Positions 40,735 through 52,338 of a stretch of 64,000 bases of DNA are shown piece after piece (within the stretch, counting starts at the first letter, position 1; each line of letters starts with the position of its first letter). Source of the stretch: Convolutriloba macropyga (lineage: Eukaryota). The notes beneath the pieces are model-generated. The model had not been told where the DNA came from. It worked only from the letters and a program-made list of their open reading frames with translations, and searched no databases. Both the position numbers and the translations under genes were made by a program. The stretch covers positions 1,736,001 through 1,800,000 of the forward strand of contig NC_134482.1 of the NCBI RefSeq assembly GCF_964194025.1, read 5' to 3'.

Positions 40735-41960
40735 GAAATCTTCGGTTTGTAAACATAGAAATCGTCGGTATCGTCGATTTTTCTGGCCAAAAGTGACCAA
40801 ATTGTCTTGATTTTTTGTCGGTATCATCGCTTTTGTTCGGTATAGCATAAAAAGGAATCGGTATCGTTGTTTTTAGACGTAAGCGAATTTCTCTATCGTC
40901 AATTTGAAAACATAAGAAAGTTTCGGTATAGTCGTTTGAAAAAGTAAGAGTTATTCGGTATCGTCCTTATTCAAACATAAAAAAAATTTTGGTCTCGTCG
41001 TTTTAAAACGTAAGAGAAATTGGAAATCGTCGTTTTTTAACGCAAAAGAGATTCGGTATCGTCGCTTGTAAACGCAGATTATCGGCATCGTCATTTTCTT
41101 GAATGATGTTGATAATTTGAAATATCGTCGGAAAATTATCTGAAGTTGATTTGAGAAAAACCAACTTTTGAGATTTACCTCTGCTTTCTGGTGATGTTTC
41201 CCTCCTTCTTTCTCATCTGGAACGGGGACTGGCTACGTGCGGTGGAGTTACCAACAAACAGTCATGAAACAAAAAACAAACAGCTATGAAACAAACAGAA
41301 ATGAGTCCGAGCAAAGGGTATAAAACGCCCCCTAAAACTCTCTCCAAACTATTTTGTACCGAATATATGCTCAAACATCTTTCTCTCGCTCTTTGATAAA
41401 CATGCATAATTAGACACATACATACCATAAGTGCAAACATACATATATACATTCATACATATATACTTATATACACCCATACATACATACACACATCCAT
41501 TTACTTTTTCCTCCATTTTATAAGACTGCTAGTACTACTTTATAAAAATTTTTTAAAAAAACGATGTTGAACACATTTTTTTCATAATGATTTATATCGG
41601 GACATTTTCACCTCGGATCTTATTTTCTTTAAAAATAATCCCTAACAACATACCGAAATTTTCCTACGCTGATAATCCATCATACCTACTATTTCCTACA
41701 TATGCAATTGATGCCGAACGTTTCTTACTTCCATTAACCCAACATACCGAATCTGGCTTAACAGAACATACCAAATATTTCTTAAGTTCCAGACCGAATA
41801 TACCGAATGTGGCAAAACCAAAAATACCGAAGCTTTCTTTTGTTGCAGACCAAACATACCGACGATTTCTTACGTTTGTAACCGAACAAACAGAACAAGC
41901 CTAACATACCGACAATTTTTTTAACGTGGAAAACTAAACATACCGAACATTTGATGCGTC
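40735..41960. repeat. Two degenerate arrays of ~30-35-bp units in opposite orientation (40735-41130 and 41648-41960), related to the satellite monomer
   Basis: Left array: AAACGTAAGA.A..TCGGTATCGTCG; right array: AACATACCGA...TTCTTACGTTT (reverse complement). Confidence 0.65.
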
Positions 41961-42348
41961 GTTTTTGTTTGGTCTTCTGGACTACGGATCCACTAAATAT
42001 CCATTAATATTTTATTAAACCTACGTGCGATACACGAGCTCGGACTGTTCTCGAAGTCAAAATCGGGACTGAACCTTAATTTTTTATTTCTGTATTCTTA
42101 CTCTGATCAGTACTTTGATCATGTCATATTGAATACTTTTCATTATAAAACAGAAAAAAATAAACATTTACTGATTTTAATCTGGGTCATTGTAAATTTG
42201 CAGCATGAAAATAGTAAAAGTACGTTCTGAAAATGAGCTGCAATAATCCGAAACAACCCACGATTCGGGCTTTAAAACAGGGTTCACATCGGCTAACTAC
42301 GACCCAAACTGATTTCAGAGCGTTTCAAATTTATTTTTTCTGTTTCAG

Positions 42349-42579
42349 CCGACCCCTATCAAACATACATTGTAGAAGAAATATGGAAAACCCTGGGCTT
42401 CAGCGAGGTTTTTCTTGAAAATACAGCTGAGATGACAATGGTACATTCTCAAGAAAAAAACAAAACTGGCCTTGTGATCGAATCGGGTGCCGGGGCTACA
42501 TTTGTAGTGGCTATCCACAATGGAAACGAATATAAACTCGCTACAAGATTTATGCTTGTGGCCGGAATTGCAATAACTG
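42349..42579 (+). CDS. Actin-like gene exon: DPYQTYIVEEIWKTLGFSEVFLENTAEMTMVHSQEKNKTGLVIESGAGATFVVAIHNGNEYKLATRFMLVAGIAIT
   Basis: Aligns to actin [66 protein letters not shown] (phosphate-2 loop); polypyrimidine TTTCAG acceptor and G|GTAGGT donor. Confidence 0.85.
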
Positions 42580-44034
42580 GTAGGTATATTCACCTAGCCC
42601 CTAAAGAGAGACCCTTAGCCTTGAACACAAAAAAATGATCGGAATCGTTGGTTCAGGGCTTTGCAATACAAACCATTTCATTTTCCACTTTTAATAACAA
42701 TTATGGCAATATACTGTCAATACAAAAATTTGTAAAAAATTTTTAGCCGTTTTTTCCAGTTATATAATTCGGATGCATTCTGTTTTACAGGACAGCTTAG
42801 AGGGCATATAACTTTTACACCCGCCCCCGGTGTACTGTTTTCAGCATTGTGCTCTTTAACAAATCACAAGATGCAAAGAGGGCATCAAAAACGAAGGGCC
42901 GAAACTAAAAAAGATTTAAGATTTCGTTTCAGATTTGATTGTTGATGCTCAAAAAATCTCGTACGTTTAAAGATGTGACTGTCAGCTTCAAATCCACGGA
43001 TGAACGCATAAAACAAGCAAATGATGCCCTAGTTAACTTTAAAAATCAAAAAAGCTTTGAGATGAATTAGCTCGAAGGATCAAACATATCTTTAAAACAT
43101 TGAAAATAGGGTTAGATAATAAATCCCGGGTTGTGATACCAGCGGATGTGTGGGGATGATATTGATTGTAAAAATTACCTGTACTGAACGTGATGAACAA
43201 AAAACTATGTGGTAAAAAAACTTTTTAACGAGGTCCAGCTAAATGTTCAGTACAATTCATACAAATACTTTACATTTATAATAAATTAATATTAGCGCTT
43301 CCATCGCGTCTTCTTCGAAAACTTTACAATATTTTTCTAAGAACCGAGAACATTTTCATTGCAATCTGAAATAAATTAGGGTAATGAAAAAGGGTTGGTA
43401 CCGGGACAAAATACTGGTTCAGGTCTTTGCGACACAGGTATTTTCATTTGCAGCTATGAACGAACATCAAGGAGCACGGAAAATACTGACAATGCAAAAA
43501 TTACAAAAATCAGCCACTTTTCTCCAGCTTTCCCGTGTAATAGATTTTGGATCTTTACTTCCCCTTAGCGCAATTACTTTTTCTATTACATATTCTTTTT
43601 AACAGGGCACAAAGTGCACTCTTGGGGGGGGGGGTATAAAAAACGGAGGCCGAAACAGAATAGATTTAAGTTATCATTTGAGTTTGCGTAAAACAAACAT
43701 AAAACCCTTAACCGTCAAAAATGTTTGGCTAAAAAGTGAAAAAAAATACTAAGGATAATTTGAGTGCGCTGTTACAATAAAATTTATGAGTATATAATTA
43801 TAAAACAGGGTTCTCCTTTGTTTTCTATTGAAATCATGTTAATAAGTGCTGGTAATTAATCGCCTTATGTGAATAAAGATGTCTTTTCATTGTTGTTCCC
43901 CGCTATCAAGGTATTAGCAGCAATATGTGGATAGGAATGCAAAAAAACGTGCAACATTTTTTTATAATAATGTCGAAGCTGAACTAACTTAATGTAAGGT
44001 GCTGAATGTGTGAAACAAAGCTATAAAGATTTCT

Positions 44035-44234
44035 NNNNNNNNNNNNNNNNNNNNNNNNNNNNNNNNNNNNNNNNNNNNNNNNNNNNNNNNNNNNNNNNNN
44101 NNNNNNNNNNNNNNNNNNNNNNNNNNNNNNNNNNNNNNNNNNNNNNNNNNNNNNNNNNNNNNNNNNNNNNNNNNNNNNNNNNNNNNNNNNNNNNNNNNNN
44201 NNNNNNNNNNNNNNNNNNNNNNNNNNNNNNNNNN
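44035..44234. other. Assembly gap (200 N)
   Basis: Run of N characters. Confidence 1.
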
Positions 44235-44987
44235 CTTCGACTCAATGAAGACATATTTTGAGTTCATTTCGATGAGCCGATGCATTGTTGCCGGAAAACG
44301 TCTGTAGAGGCAGCAAAAAGAATGAGCAGCTACTTGATTGAGTTTTCATTTCTTTTAATGTAGAGGCTGAAACGATATACGTTTTCGTTTATTACATAAG
44401 TTGTGTTGCTAAAAGTTTGTGTTACTAGTGAAGGCGCTGCGCGCTGAAATGCTTTTTTACAGCTTTCTTTGTATTCACCTGAATTATTATTAAGTTTCTT
44501 TAAAAAATTGATTTGATAGAAAATTGCGCTAACTTGGTGAAATTTTGTGCGGTTTGTAGTTTTTACCGGTAAATTTTTTCACCGTTCTCATTGCATTCAA
44601 CGCAATTGTTGCATGTTTTTGTCATTATTTTCTGGGGTGAGAAATAATTTGTGAGAATAACAAAAAATTTGTGAGAAATGCGATATTTAGCGCTGATCTC
44701 CACCGCAATCTTTTTTCCACCGCAATCAACAACAATTCTTGCATCTTTTTTACCGCACTCATCGCAGTTTTCCTCTTAGCACGTTTCTGCGCTGACATTT
44801 CGACTGGAGTTCCGCCAAATTTGAAAGACATTTTTTTTTCGGAAACATGGGTGCTTGCTCAGGAAGATTTTTTTGCCCGTGGCTAGTTGTGGCTTTTGTG
44901 GTCTCATTGATTTCAGAACAAAAAAAAACTATTTTTCGAATTTCCTAATTTCACTGGGTAATCTGTTTATAGCTGTTGTTGTGAACT

Positions 44988-45141
44988 ATGTTGGCGAGCC
45001 AGCTAATGCTGTTCATTGGATGGTTTATAGCGCACATAAATTGGGTTGAGAGTACGGCACCTCAAAATATCACTGGAGGTCTTCTATTCTTCTTAGTGCC
45101 AGATGATGCAACTTCTCCCCACTTCCTCGATAAGAAGAAAG
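44988..45141 (+). CDS. NIDO-like secreted protein, first coding exon with signal peptide: MLASQLMLFIGWFIAHINWVESTAPQNITGGLLFFLVPDDATSPHFLDKKK
   Basis: ATG plus hydrophobic leader; consensus AAG|GTAAGT donor; phase 1 joins the exon at 51952. Confidence 0.7.
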
Positions 45142-45866
45142 GTAAGTCAATTGATTTTCTTTTTTTCTTTCATATAAATTGAATGACCCCAGGCCATATT
45201 GTTACAATGATTCACTTTGTAATGACACGCGCTCTTTATCTGGGGGGGGGGGGGGGGGGGATGCATCACGTATTGTGGGCACAAACGGAAAAGATCCATT
45301 TTTTCTAATATAACCTAAACTTCACCTGATGCGTTGCATGTAAATTCAATTACAATTATTATCCAGATATTTAACTGTGTTCTTCACTTATTTTTATTAT
45401 ATTTTATAATGTTTCTCTCTATCAAACTATAGTCCATCAAAAATATTTTTAAGCACATTTGAAAACAAAGATTCATTCATGTTCAATCTACAAAATTCAT
45501 AACTTTGTGACTTTCTCCAATGATTTTTCAAGTCGTTTGCTGCTTTTTGTAATGTTTCATTAGCGGAAATTATATTAATTTTTACATTTTGAAGCACAAC
45601 CTCCACATAACATCATCACAGTTGTGTTGTTAGTTCTAATTATTATCTCATAAAAACAGGAAAAATCTGAGCAAAGTTGCCTCAGCAACCCCTTGGTTGA
45701 TGATAAGAAGTCAAATTCAACATTAATCTCTCTTTTTCGCAGATAAATCTAAATCGGTAATAGAAATCTACTCATCAAAATTTTCCGACTCTAGTCTATA
45801 TGCCACAACTCTCCAAAAATACCTGAATCATTCAAACATTTCTCGCTAATTTTTGTCTGAACAAAC

Positions 45867-46011
45867 GGGTCTTTCCCATTATAGCCCCCCATGAAAATAC
45901 AGCCCCCCATTATGGTATATTTACCATGATTGGGGGGGGGGGGGCTATAGGTTATCTGACCACTAAACTGGGGGGGGGGGGGGGGGGGGGGGGCTATAAT
46001 GGGAAAGACCC
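45867..46011. mobile_element. 145-bp MITE with perfect TIRs and G/C homopolymer tracts
   Basis: GGGTCTTTCCCATTATAGCCCCCC and its exact reverse complement at the other end; flanks GAACAAAC/GAACAAGT suggest an 8-bp TSD. Confidence 0.85.
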
Positions 46012-47479
46012 GAACAAGTGGGTCTTCTTTATTCCGGCTGGATGCTCTTTTCTGGAATTGTTACTAACCTTTTGACTTGTTTTTCTGGATCAGAAATTGT
46101 AATTTAGTTAATTTTCTTTCAGTCGATAATCGTCCATTCTTTATTGTTCTTTGTATACATTTTTTGATATCATTAGTTTTAGATGATGCTAATGTATTCT
46201 CTCTTTAGTGGGATCCTATAAAACTACTTTTAACGAAATTGAAGGACCACCCGAAACAGCTACGAAAGTCATCGGAAGAAGTTATTTTTCGAGCTTTAAG
46301 GTTTCGGACCTGGATGGACCCCACCCAATAAAAAAAATTAAGGGTCACATGCTTTTTTTTCGCTGCGTGAATTGCGAAAATGTTTTTCGATCAAACGAAC
46401 CTGTTAGCAGTTTTCCGAGTATGTGCGTAGGTACGCTCCACGGCTGACCTTTTTCAGCAATAACGCCAATGAACAGGACGGCTTAATTGTACTTAACTTT
46501 CTCAGAGACAATTTGCTCGAGGCGTCTAAAACTCTTGTGCTGTTAGCGAGAGTACATTAAGGTCTCCACATTCCAGATCAGGGACTTTGAGTTGGCCAGC
46601 TATAAATTACTTGTGGGATGATTTTACGAAGATATGCTATCTCATCTACATTCACCTTCTTATCTGCAGAACCCTCCCATGGGACTTATACAGACAAGAT
46701 GGAAATCAATTCCATCTATCTATTTAGTCGTTTTATGACAACAACTCACTTGCATGGAAACAAAATGCTCATCTACTCCACTGCTCTAAAAGACTCTCAC
46801 TATAGCTGCTGCCTAATATTTATTTTAGATGGGAAACTTTTATACAGGAAATTAAGAAGAATCATTGCCCAGAAAAGCAAATTTTGGGGCGCAATTTCGT
46901 GCTACTGGAGATTAACAAGAAACTTCATCGTTGGCTTTATTTGGTACAATGGCTGCAGTTGTTTTTGCATTAAATTTGTATGCTATCCATTTATAAAAGT
47001 CATTTTCTTAATCCATTTTTATGAAACATGTAAGCAGTTAAAAAAGAAGAATTTGGATTTTTTCAACAATTGCCCACCGATTACGTGAATCTATGCCAAC
47101 GTAAAAGAGTGCCGAAACCGAAACTGAATTTAAAAGTGCCAAAACTGCCAAGACCAATTATTTATCAGATAAATGCCACCGCAGTTTATTTTCAAAGCAA
47201 CCAGGGCCCGCTGATCAGTAGTTTTGTTGTGATAAATTTGTACTGAGTCCAACCAGCCGCTGAGGCGCGGCCATGTTCCGCAATTATCAATGTTTGTTCA
47301 AAATTTATCTCGCTCCAATTATCGTGTCCTATTTAACAATAACATCCAAAACCTGCCAACTTCATTGTATTTGGTTCAAAATTTTTGTGCTCATTTCGAT
47401 TGAAAAAATCTGATTGGTATAGAAATCTATCGGGTGAAAAACTGAATACAGTTTTGGCACTTTTATAATCGGCAGTTTT

Positions 47480-49669
47480 ACGTCGGCATTGTTGTACGTA
47501 TTCTTGCCCACCACCCCCTTTTGCAAAGGGGGCTATTCTTGAATAGAATCTAGGTGAGCGATTTATTTAACACTCAGAAACGACTTATAATTTTGCACTT
47601 AAGCGCAGACTAAATTAAACTGAATAGCCTATTATATACGCCATGCTATGGCAGTTATCCAAATTGGAATACAAATTGCAAACTTTTTCAGACCGGCAGT
47701 TCGGTGGGCGCGCGTGTCGAGGCCTTGCGCGATAGCCGACTCGCGATATCCAGATTACATCCTACAGCGCATGCATTGCGTGGCCTTGAACAGTGGTCCG
47801 CAGTTACGCTTAAACTGATACTCGGCTATCTAAACTGTAGACCAAGCAATATTGTGGTAAAGTATAACACAGAAGGGGGTTCTTGGATCTTTTCTGTTTT
47901 GCCACCCCGTCATAGATAACCAATTTGTTTGCATCCTCTAAATATGTATTTTTTTGTCTTAAGAGATCTCTTATTTGAGTCATCATTACTTGCTGTCACC
48001 GATACAAGATTGAACGGACTTTTGGTTACCCAATTGTCAAAAATGTTACTGTTAAAAAGCCAATCTTTTGATAAATAAGCGCAAAAAAGGTGAAAACACG
48101 CATGATTATTTGTCTGCTTTCATTATATACAGATTTGAATTATTGCAAATGTATTAATTTCAAGAGTTCGCTGCACCATTAAAGTGTTAAGACCTTGTGT
48201 GAAACAGAAAATATCTGGATTTACTACATGGTATCAAAAACTGGTGAAAAGATTCGAGAATTCCTAAATCTTTCGGCAGTAGATTGAAAATTAAAGTTGC
48301 AAAATCGTCTCCTCGTTCTCATACGGAAAAACATGGTTCAACTGATGTCCTTTTAATTAAATTTATTCGAAAATTTTTCCCTATAAGAGTCTTTAAAACA
48401 ACGCTCTGCTTTCTCTTCTCATCACATCATGTGTAACGTGTTTCAATTCTCAGCGGTCTTTAAAATAAAATATCCTTTGTTTTTCTTTTATTTGTTTTGC
48501 GATGAGATAATTCATCCATATTTTTTAGTATATAGACGCTAATTTTTTTGGACTACGCAAAAAAGTTCAAACTGATCAGACTTACTTTAGTATGCTAACG
48601 TCGGCTTTGTTATACGTAACCTTGCCCACCACCCACTTTGGAAAAGGAGCTGTTCTTGAATAGTGTCTAGGCGAGCGATTTATTTAACACTCAGAAACTA
48701 CTTATAATTTCCACTTAAGCGCAGACTATATTAAACTGAATAGCCTATTATATACGCCATGCTATGGCAGTTATCCAAATTGGAATACAAATTGAAAACT
48801 TTTTCAGACCGGCAGTTCGGTGGGCGCGCGTGTCGAGGCCTTGCGCGATAGCCGACTCGCAATATCCAGATTACATCCTACAGCGCATGAGTTGCGTGGC
48901 CGTGAACAGTGGTCCGCAGTTACGCTTAAACTGATACTCGGCTATCTAAACTGTAGTCCCAGCAATATTGTGGTAAAGTATAAATCAGAAGGGGGTTCTT
49001 GGATCTTTTCTGTTTTGCCCCCAGTCCTATATAACCAGTTTGTTTGCATCCTCTAATTATGTACTTTTTTGTCTTAAGAGATCTCTTATTTGAGTCATCA
49101 TTAATTGCTGTCACCGGTACAAGATTGAATGGACTTTTGGTTACCCAATTGTCAAAAATGTTACTGTCATAAAGCCAATCTTTTGATAGATAAGCGCAAA
49201 AAAGGTGAAAACACGCATGATTATTTGTCTGCTTTCATTATATACAGATTTAAATTACTGCAAATGTATTAATTTCAAAAGTTCGCTGCACCATTAAATT
49301 GTAAACACCAAAGATTGGTGAAAAGATCCAAGAATTCCTAAATTTTTCGGCAGAAGATTCAAAATTAAAGTTGCAAAATCGTCTCCTCGTTCTCATACGG
49401 AGTCACATGGTTCAACTGATGTCCTTTTAATTTTATTTAATCGAAAATGTTTCCTATAAGAGTCTTTAAAACAACGCTCTGCTTTCTCTTCTCATCCCAT
49501 CACGTGTAACTTGTTTCAATTCTCAGCGGTCTTCAAATTAAAAGATCCGTTGTTTTTCTTTTATTTGTTTTGTGATGAGCTACTTCATCCATGTTTTTTA
49601 GTAAATAGACGCTAATTTTTTTGGCGTACGAAAAAAGTTCTTACTGATCAGACTTACTTTAGTATGCTA
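47480..49669. repeat. Diverged direct tandem duplication of about 1.1 kb (47480-48597 and 48598-49669)
   Basis: Paralogous ORFs 47704 and 48820 (offset 1116); both copies end ACTGATCAGACTTACTTTAGTATGCTA; scattered substitutions and a deletion near 49300. Confidence 0.92.
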
Positions 49670-49810
49670 GCTTCAGGTTGTTTAAATTAAAGGTTGCAAA
49701 GAAAAATAACTTTCACCGCGTATTTCTTACATCTTTGTGCGGTGAATGCGGTGAATCGCGGAGAATTATTTATTTTCACCGCGTTCTCAGTATTCTTATA
49801 AAAAAGAATC

Positions 49811-49882
49811 GTCCCCACCCGGGTTCGAACCTCTGACCTCCTGCATGCCTGCAACTGCTTATTCTGCTGCGCCAGCTCTTCC
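49811..49882 (-). repeat. tRNA-derived (Ala-like) segment or SINE head; not a functional tRNA
   Basis: Minus strand GAAGAGCTGGCGCAGCAG...TGCAGGCATGCAGGAGGTCAGAGGTTCGAACCCGGG has an A box and a B box, but the acceptor and T stems do not pair properly. Confidence 0.65.
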
Positions 49883-51951
49883 TTACTTCTTTGATATTTC
49901 TTGTGAATTTAAACCAGATTGATTAAACGTTGGAAAGCAAATGCGGTGAATTTTTGTAAGAAATGCGGTGAATTTTGCGGTTAATTTTTGTAAGAAATTC
50001 GGTGAAGTGCGGTGAAATATTTATTTTCACCGCATTCACCTCAATCACCGCATTTCTTACAACAATTCACCGCAATCACCGCATTTCTTACAAAAATTTA
50101 CCCAAAAACCTCGACCCGGGCTGCCTTAAACTTCAGTGTTCTAATCCTACTTTCCTTCTTGTTATTAATTCAATGTTTAATTCAAAGAATCCTTGAATAT
50201 TTTGTCTGCTGTTAAGCATAAATTCACAGTTGAGGAAGGTAAATTTTATACCAAATACAAGGAGAAAGAAGTTTATCAGGCTAATCAAGTATATCACATG
50301 GGTTTTCAAAGGTTCCATTCTCTAATTACAGCTTTAAACGTATTTTATATGGTTTCAATCCTGTAAAATGATTGTTATGTCTTGTTTGTGAAAAATTATA
50401 ATGAAAAATTTGTTTGTAAAGCGGAAACGCTCACACAGAGTTGATACGTTACAACTTCAGAATATCTTCAATAATTTTCCAATTCTCGGTAGATTTTGCG
50501 AATTGAATTTTGCTCTAAAATTATGTTACAGACAAAATAAGAACAATTTTCTAATCATCAATAATCAGTCCCTAAGGAAAACTATACGCAAATCTCTGAT
50601 CTCTGAATTGTAATGGGTAACTATCTTTTTAAACTCGGAGAGAAGTATTACAGAAGTGTCTTTTCAATATTTCTTATTGGAGTAAATCTTTAGACACGAA
50701 ATGAAACACGTGAAAATATTTTGGTGTTGTTTGGATGCTGTTCAAATGGAGCGTGAAGAGAGTGGTTCTTCGTTCATACCACTGATTTGGAGAGAGCGAG
50801 AAATTCAAATGTGACACAATTGTTGTGTGAGCTGTAAGCGAGAAAAAAATTTCGTTCCGGTTTTTTAAAGCAGTTTGTTTCTTTTTTTAAGAGATTTAAA
50901 TACGAAGTTGCTTTATATTTGAGCTTTTCTGATTGTGAATTTGAGGTTTATGACAAAATAATTTGAAGTTAACGCTAATTTGGAGGTTTTTCTGCCATTT
51001 TGCTTTTTTTAGCGAATTTTAGCCAGTATTCGCTTATTGTTTTGTTGTATAACCCTAAGTAGTATTCCAAATGACGCCTATTATTTAAAGAGTTTTTATA
51101 TAACAAATGTATACAGTTTTGTTGGCATAAAACTTTTTTTGTTGAAAAAACTGATAGAAAATTCAGATATCATATTTTTCTTATTTTTTTCTGAAACCGT
51201 AGACTTGTTTTTAAGCTATTTGTGTGTGTGTCTATTAAAAATTTAAAAAACGCATTCTTTTTATTAGTTTTTCATAGCTCAATTTGTTTCTAAGTGTTTT
51301 TTTCATGAATGGACATCACATTTCTCGAATTCTAACGTGTGATTTAAATAAGTACTAAGTTTTTGGATGGGTCTTTTTGTGTTCTCGGTGTCGTTCCCTG
51401 AATTATTCTGGGTATATTTTTTCTTTGGATCTGTTCTCATTTTTCATGATTTTTTAAGTGAAATTGAAATGATGATTTTTGTCGCACCAAAACAAGATTT
51501 TGAGCGGAAAAGAAAGCGAAGTAGAGTGAGATAACAGCGTTTGAACGTTGTCCTGGTTTTTTTGTTCACATGCGGCCATTTGAACATTTTTTAAAAATGT
51601 TTTTGAATTTTTAGGCTTTCTTTTCTAAATTGGTTTTCCAAATCTAGTCCTAGTCAATTCTAGGTTTATTTTGTTGTTTAGTCAATAATAATTTTTTTTA
51701 ATTTTTAAGCCAGGAATTGCTTTTTGTTTGGGAGTATATTTTTTGGGGTGAAGGGGTATTTCTATTTGGTTATCTGATCAAATTTGAGGATCGGTCATTT
51801 CTCACTGGAACTTTTTCCGGTCAATTCTAGGCGTTTGGAAACAGCCCTTTACAAATTTTTTGTGGGAAGAAAAGTGAATGTAGCTGATTATTTGAAACCA
51901 TTTGGCTTATTTTTTGGTCGAATTGATTACCAAGTATCGTTTCCCTTTTAG

Positions 51952-52053
51952 ATGCGTGTGGGGTTGTGAAGAGTCCTACCGATGCCTCGTTCCTGATTGG
52001 GCCAGACATCTACAACCAGATAACAGTTTGTGAAAATGGATACATCATACCAG
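51952..52053 (+). CDS. NIDO-like protein exon: (D)ACGVVKSPTDASFLIGPDIYNQITVCENGYIIP
   Basis: Resembles the F.FFG..Y..IYV..NG.ISF motif that precedes NIDO in nidogen, tectorin and SUSD2; CCCTTTTAG acceptor and CAG|GTTCGA donor. Confidence 0.75.
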
Positions 52054-52231
52054 GTTCGATACGTCACACTAAACGTTACAATACAGTTAAACACTTTTTC
52101 AAGCTTCGCAATTCTTAGCTGCATTCAAAATGACATGGGCTGGAAAATGCAAGGTCGCGCAAAAGTCTGGATAATGGTCGAACCAAGGTCTGATCGGGTG
52201 TTAATTTCCTCTCATTCTGTCTCTCTTGCAG

Positions 52232-52338
52232 GAACTGAAGGTGTTTTGCACACTGGGTCTGCTCTGGTGAACTCGAGTGAATTTGATTATATCAATATGA
52301 CAGTGATTGCAGTTGCACTTGTCGACAACGATCGACAG
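52232..52338 (+). CDS. NIDO-like protein exon: (G)TEGVLHTGSALVNSSEFDYINMTVIAVALVDNDRQ
   Basis: VIAVALVDNDR resembles the IAPFWADVDTR motif; strong polypyrimidine acceptor and CAG|GTAACA donor; phases consistent. Confidence 0.75.

Noticed and set aside
42933-43437. Further actin-like exons (42933-42960 DLIVDAQKI; 43381-43437)
   Set aside because: Splice sites are plausible but actin similarity is too weak, and the first overlaps sequence repeated near 43640.
43989-44285. ORFs spanning the poly-X stretch
   Set aside because: Artefacts of the N gap.
46208-47088. ORFs 46208-46447 and 46618-47088 as genes
   Set aside because: No recognisable motifs on either strand; intronic position; possibly an unidentifiable decayed element.
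51831-51933. Extra NIDO exon RLETALYKFF...PFGLFFGRIDYQ
   Set aside because: Phase is incompatible with the flanking exons and it would leave an 18-nt intron; 45141 joins 51952 cleanly.
42579-52338. Actin-NIDO fusion protein
   Set aside because: The NIDO-like gene has its own ATG and signal peptide at 44988, and an assembly gap separates the two genes.
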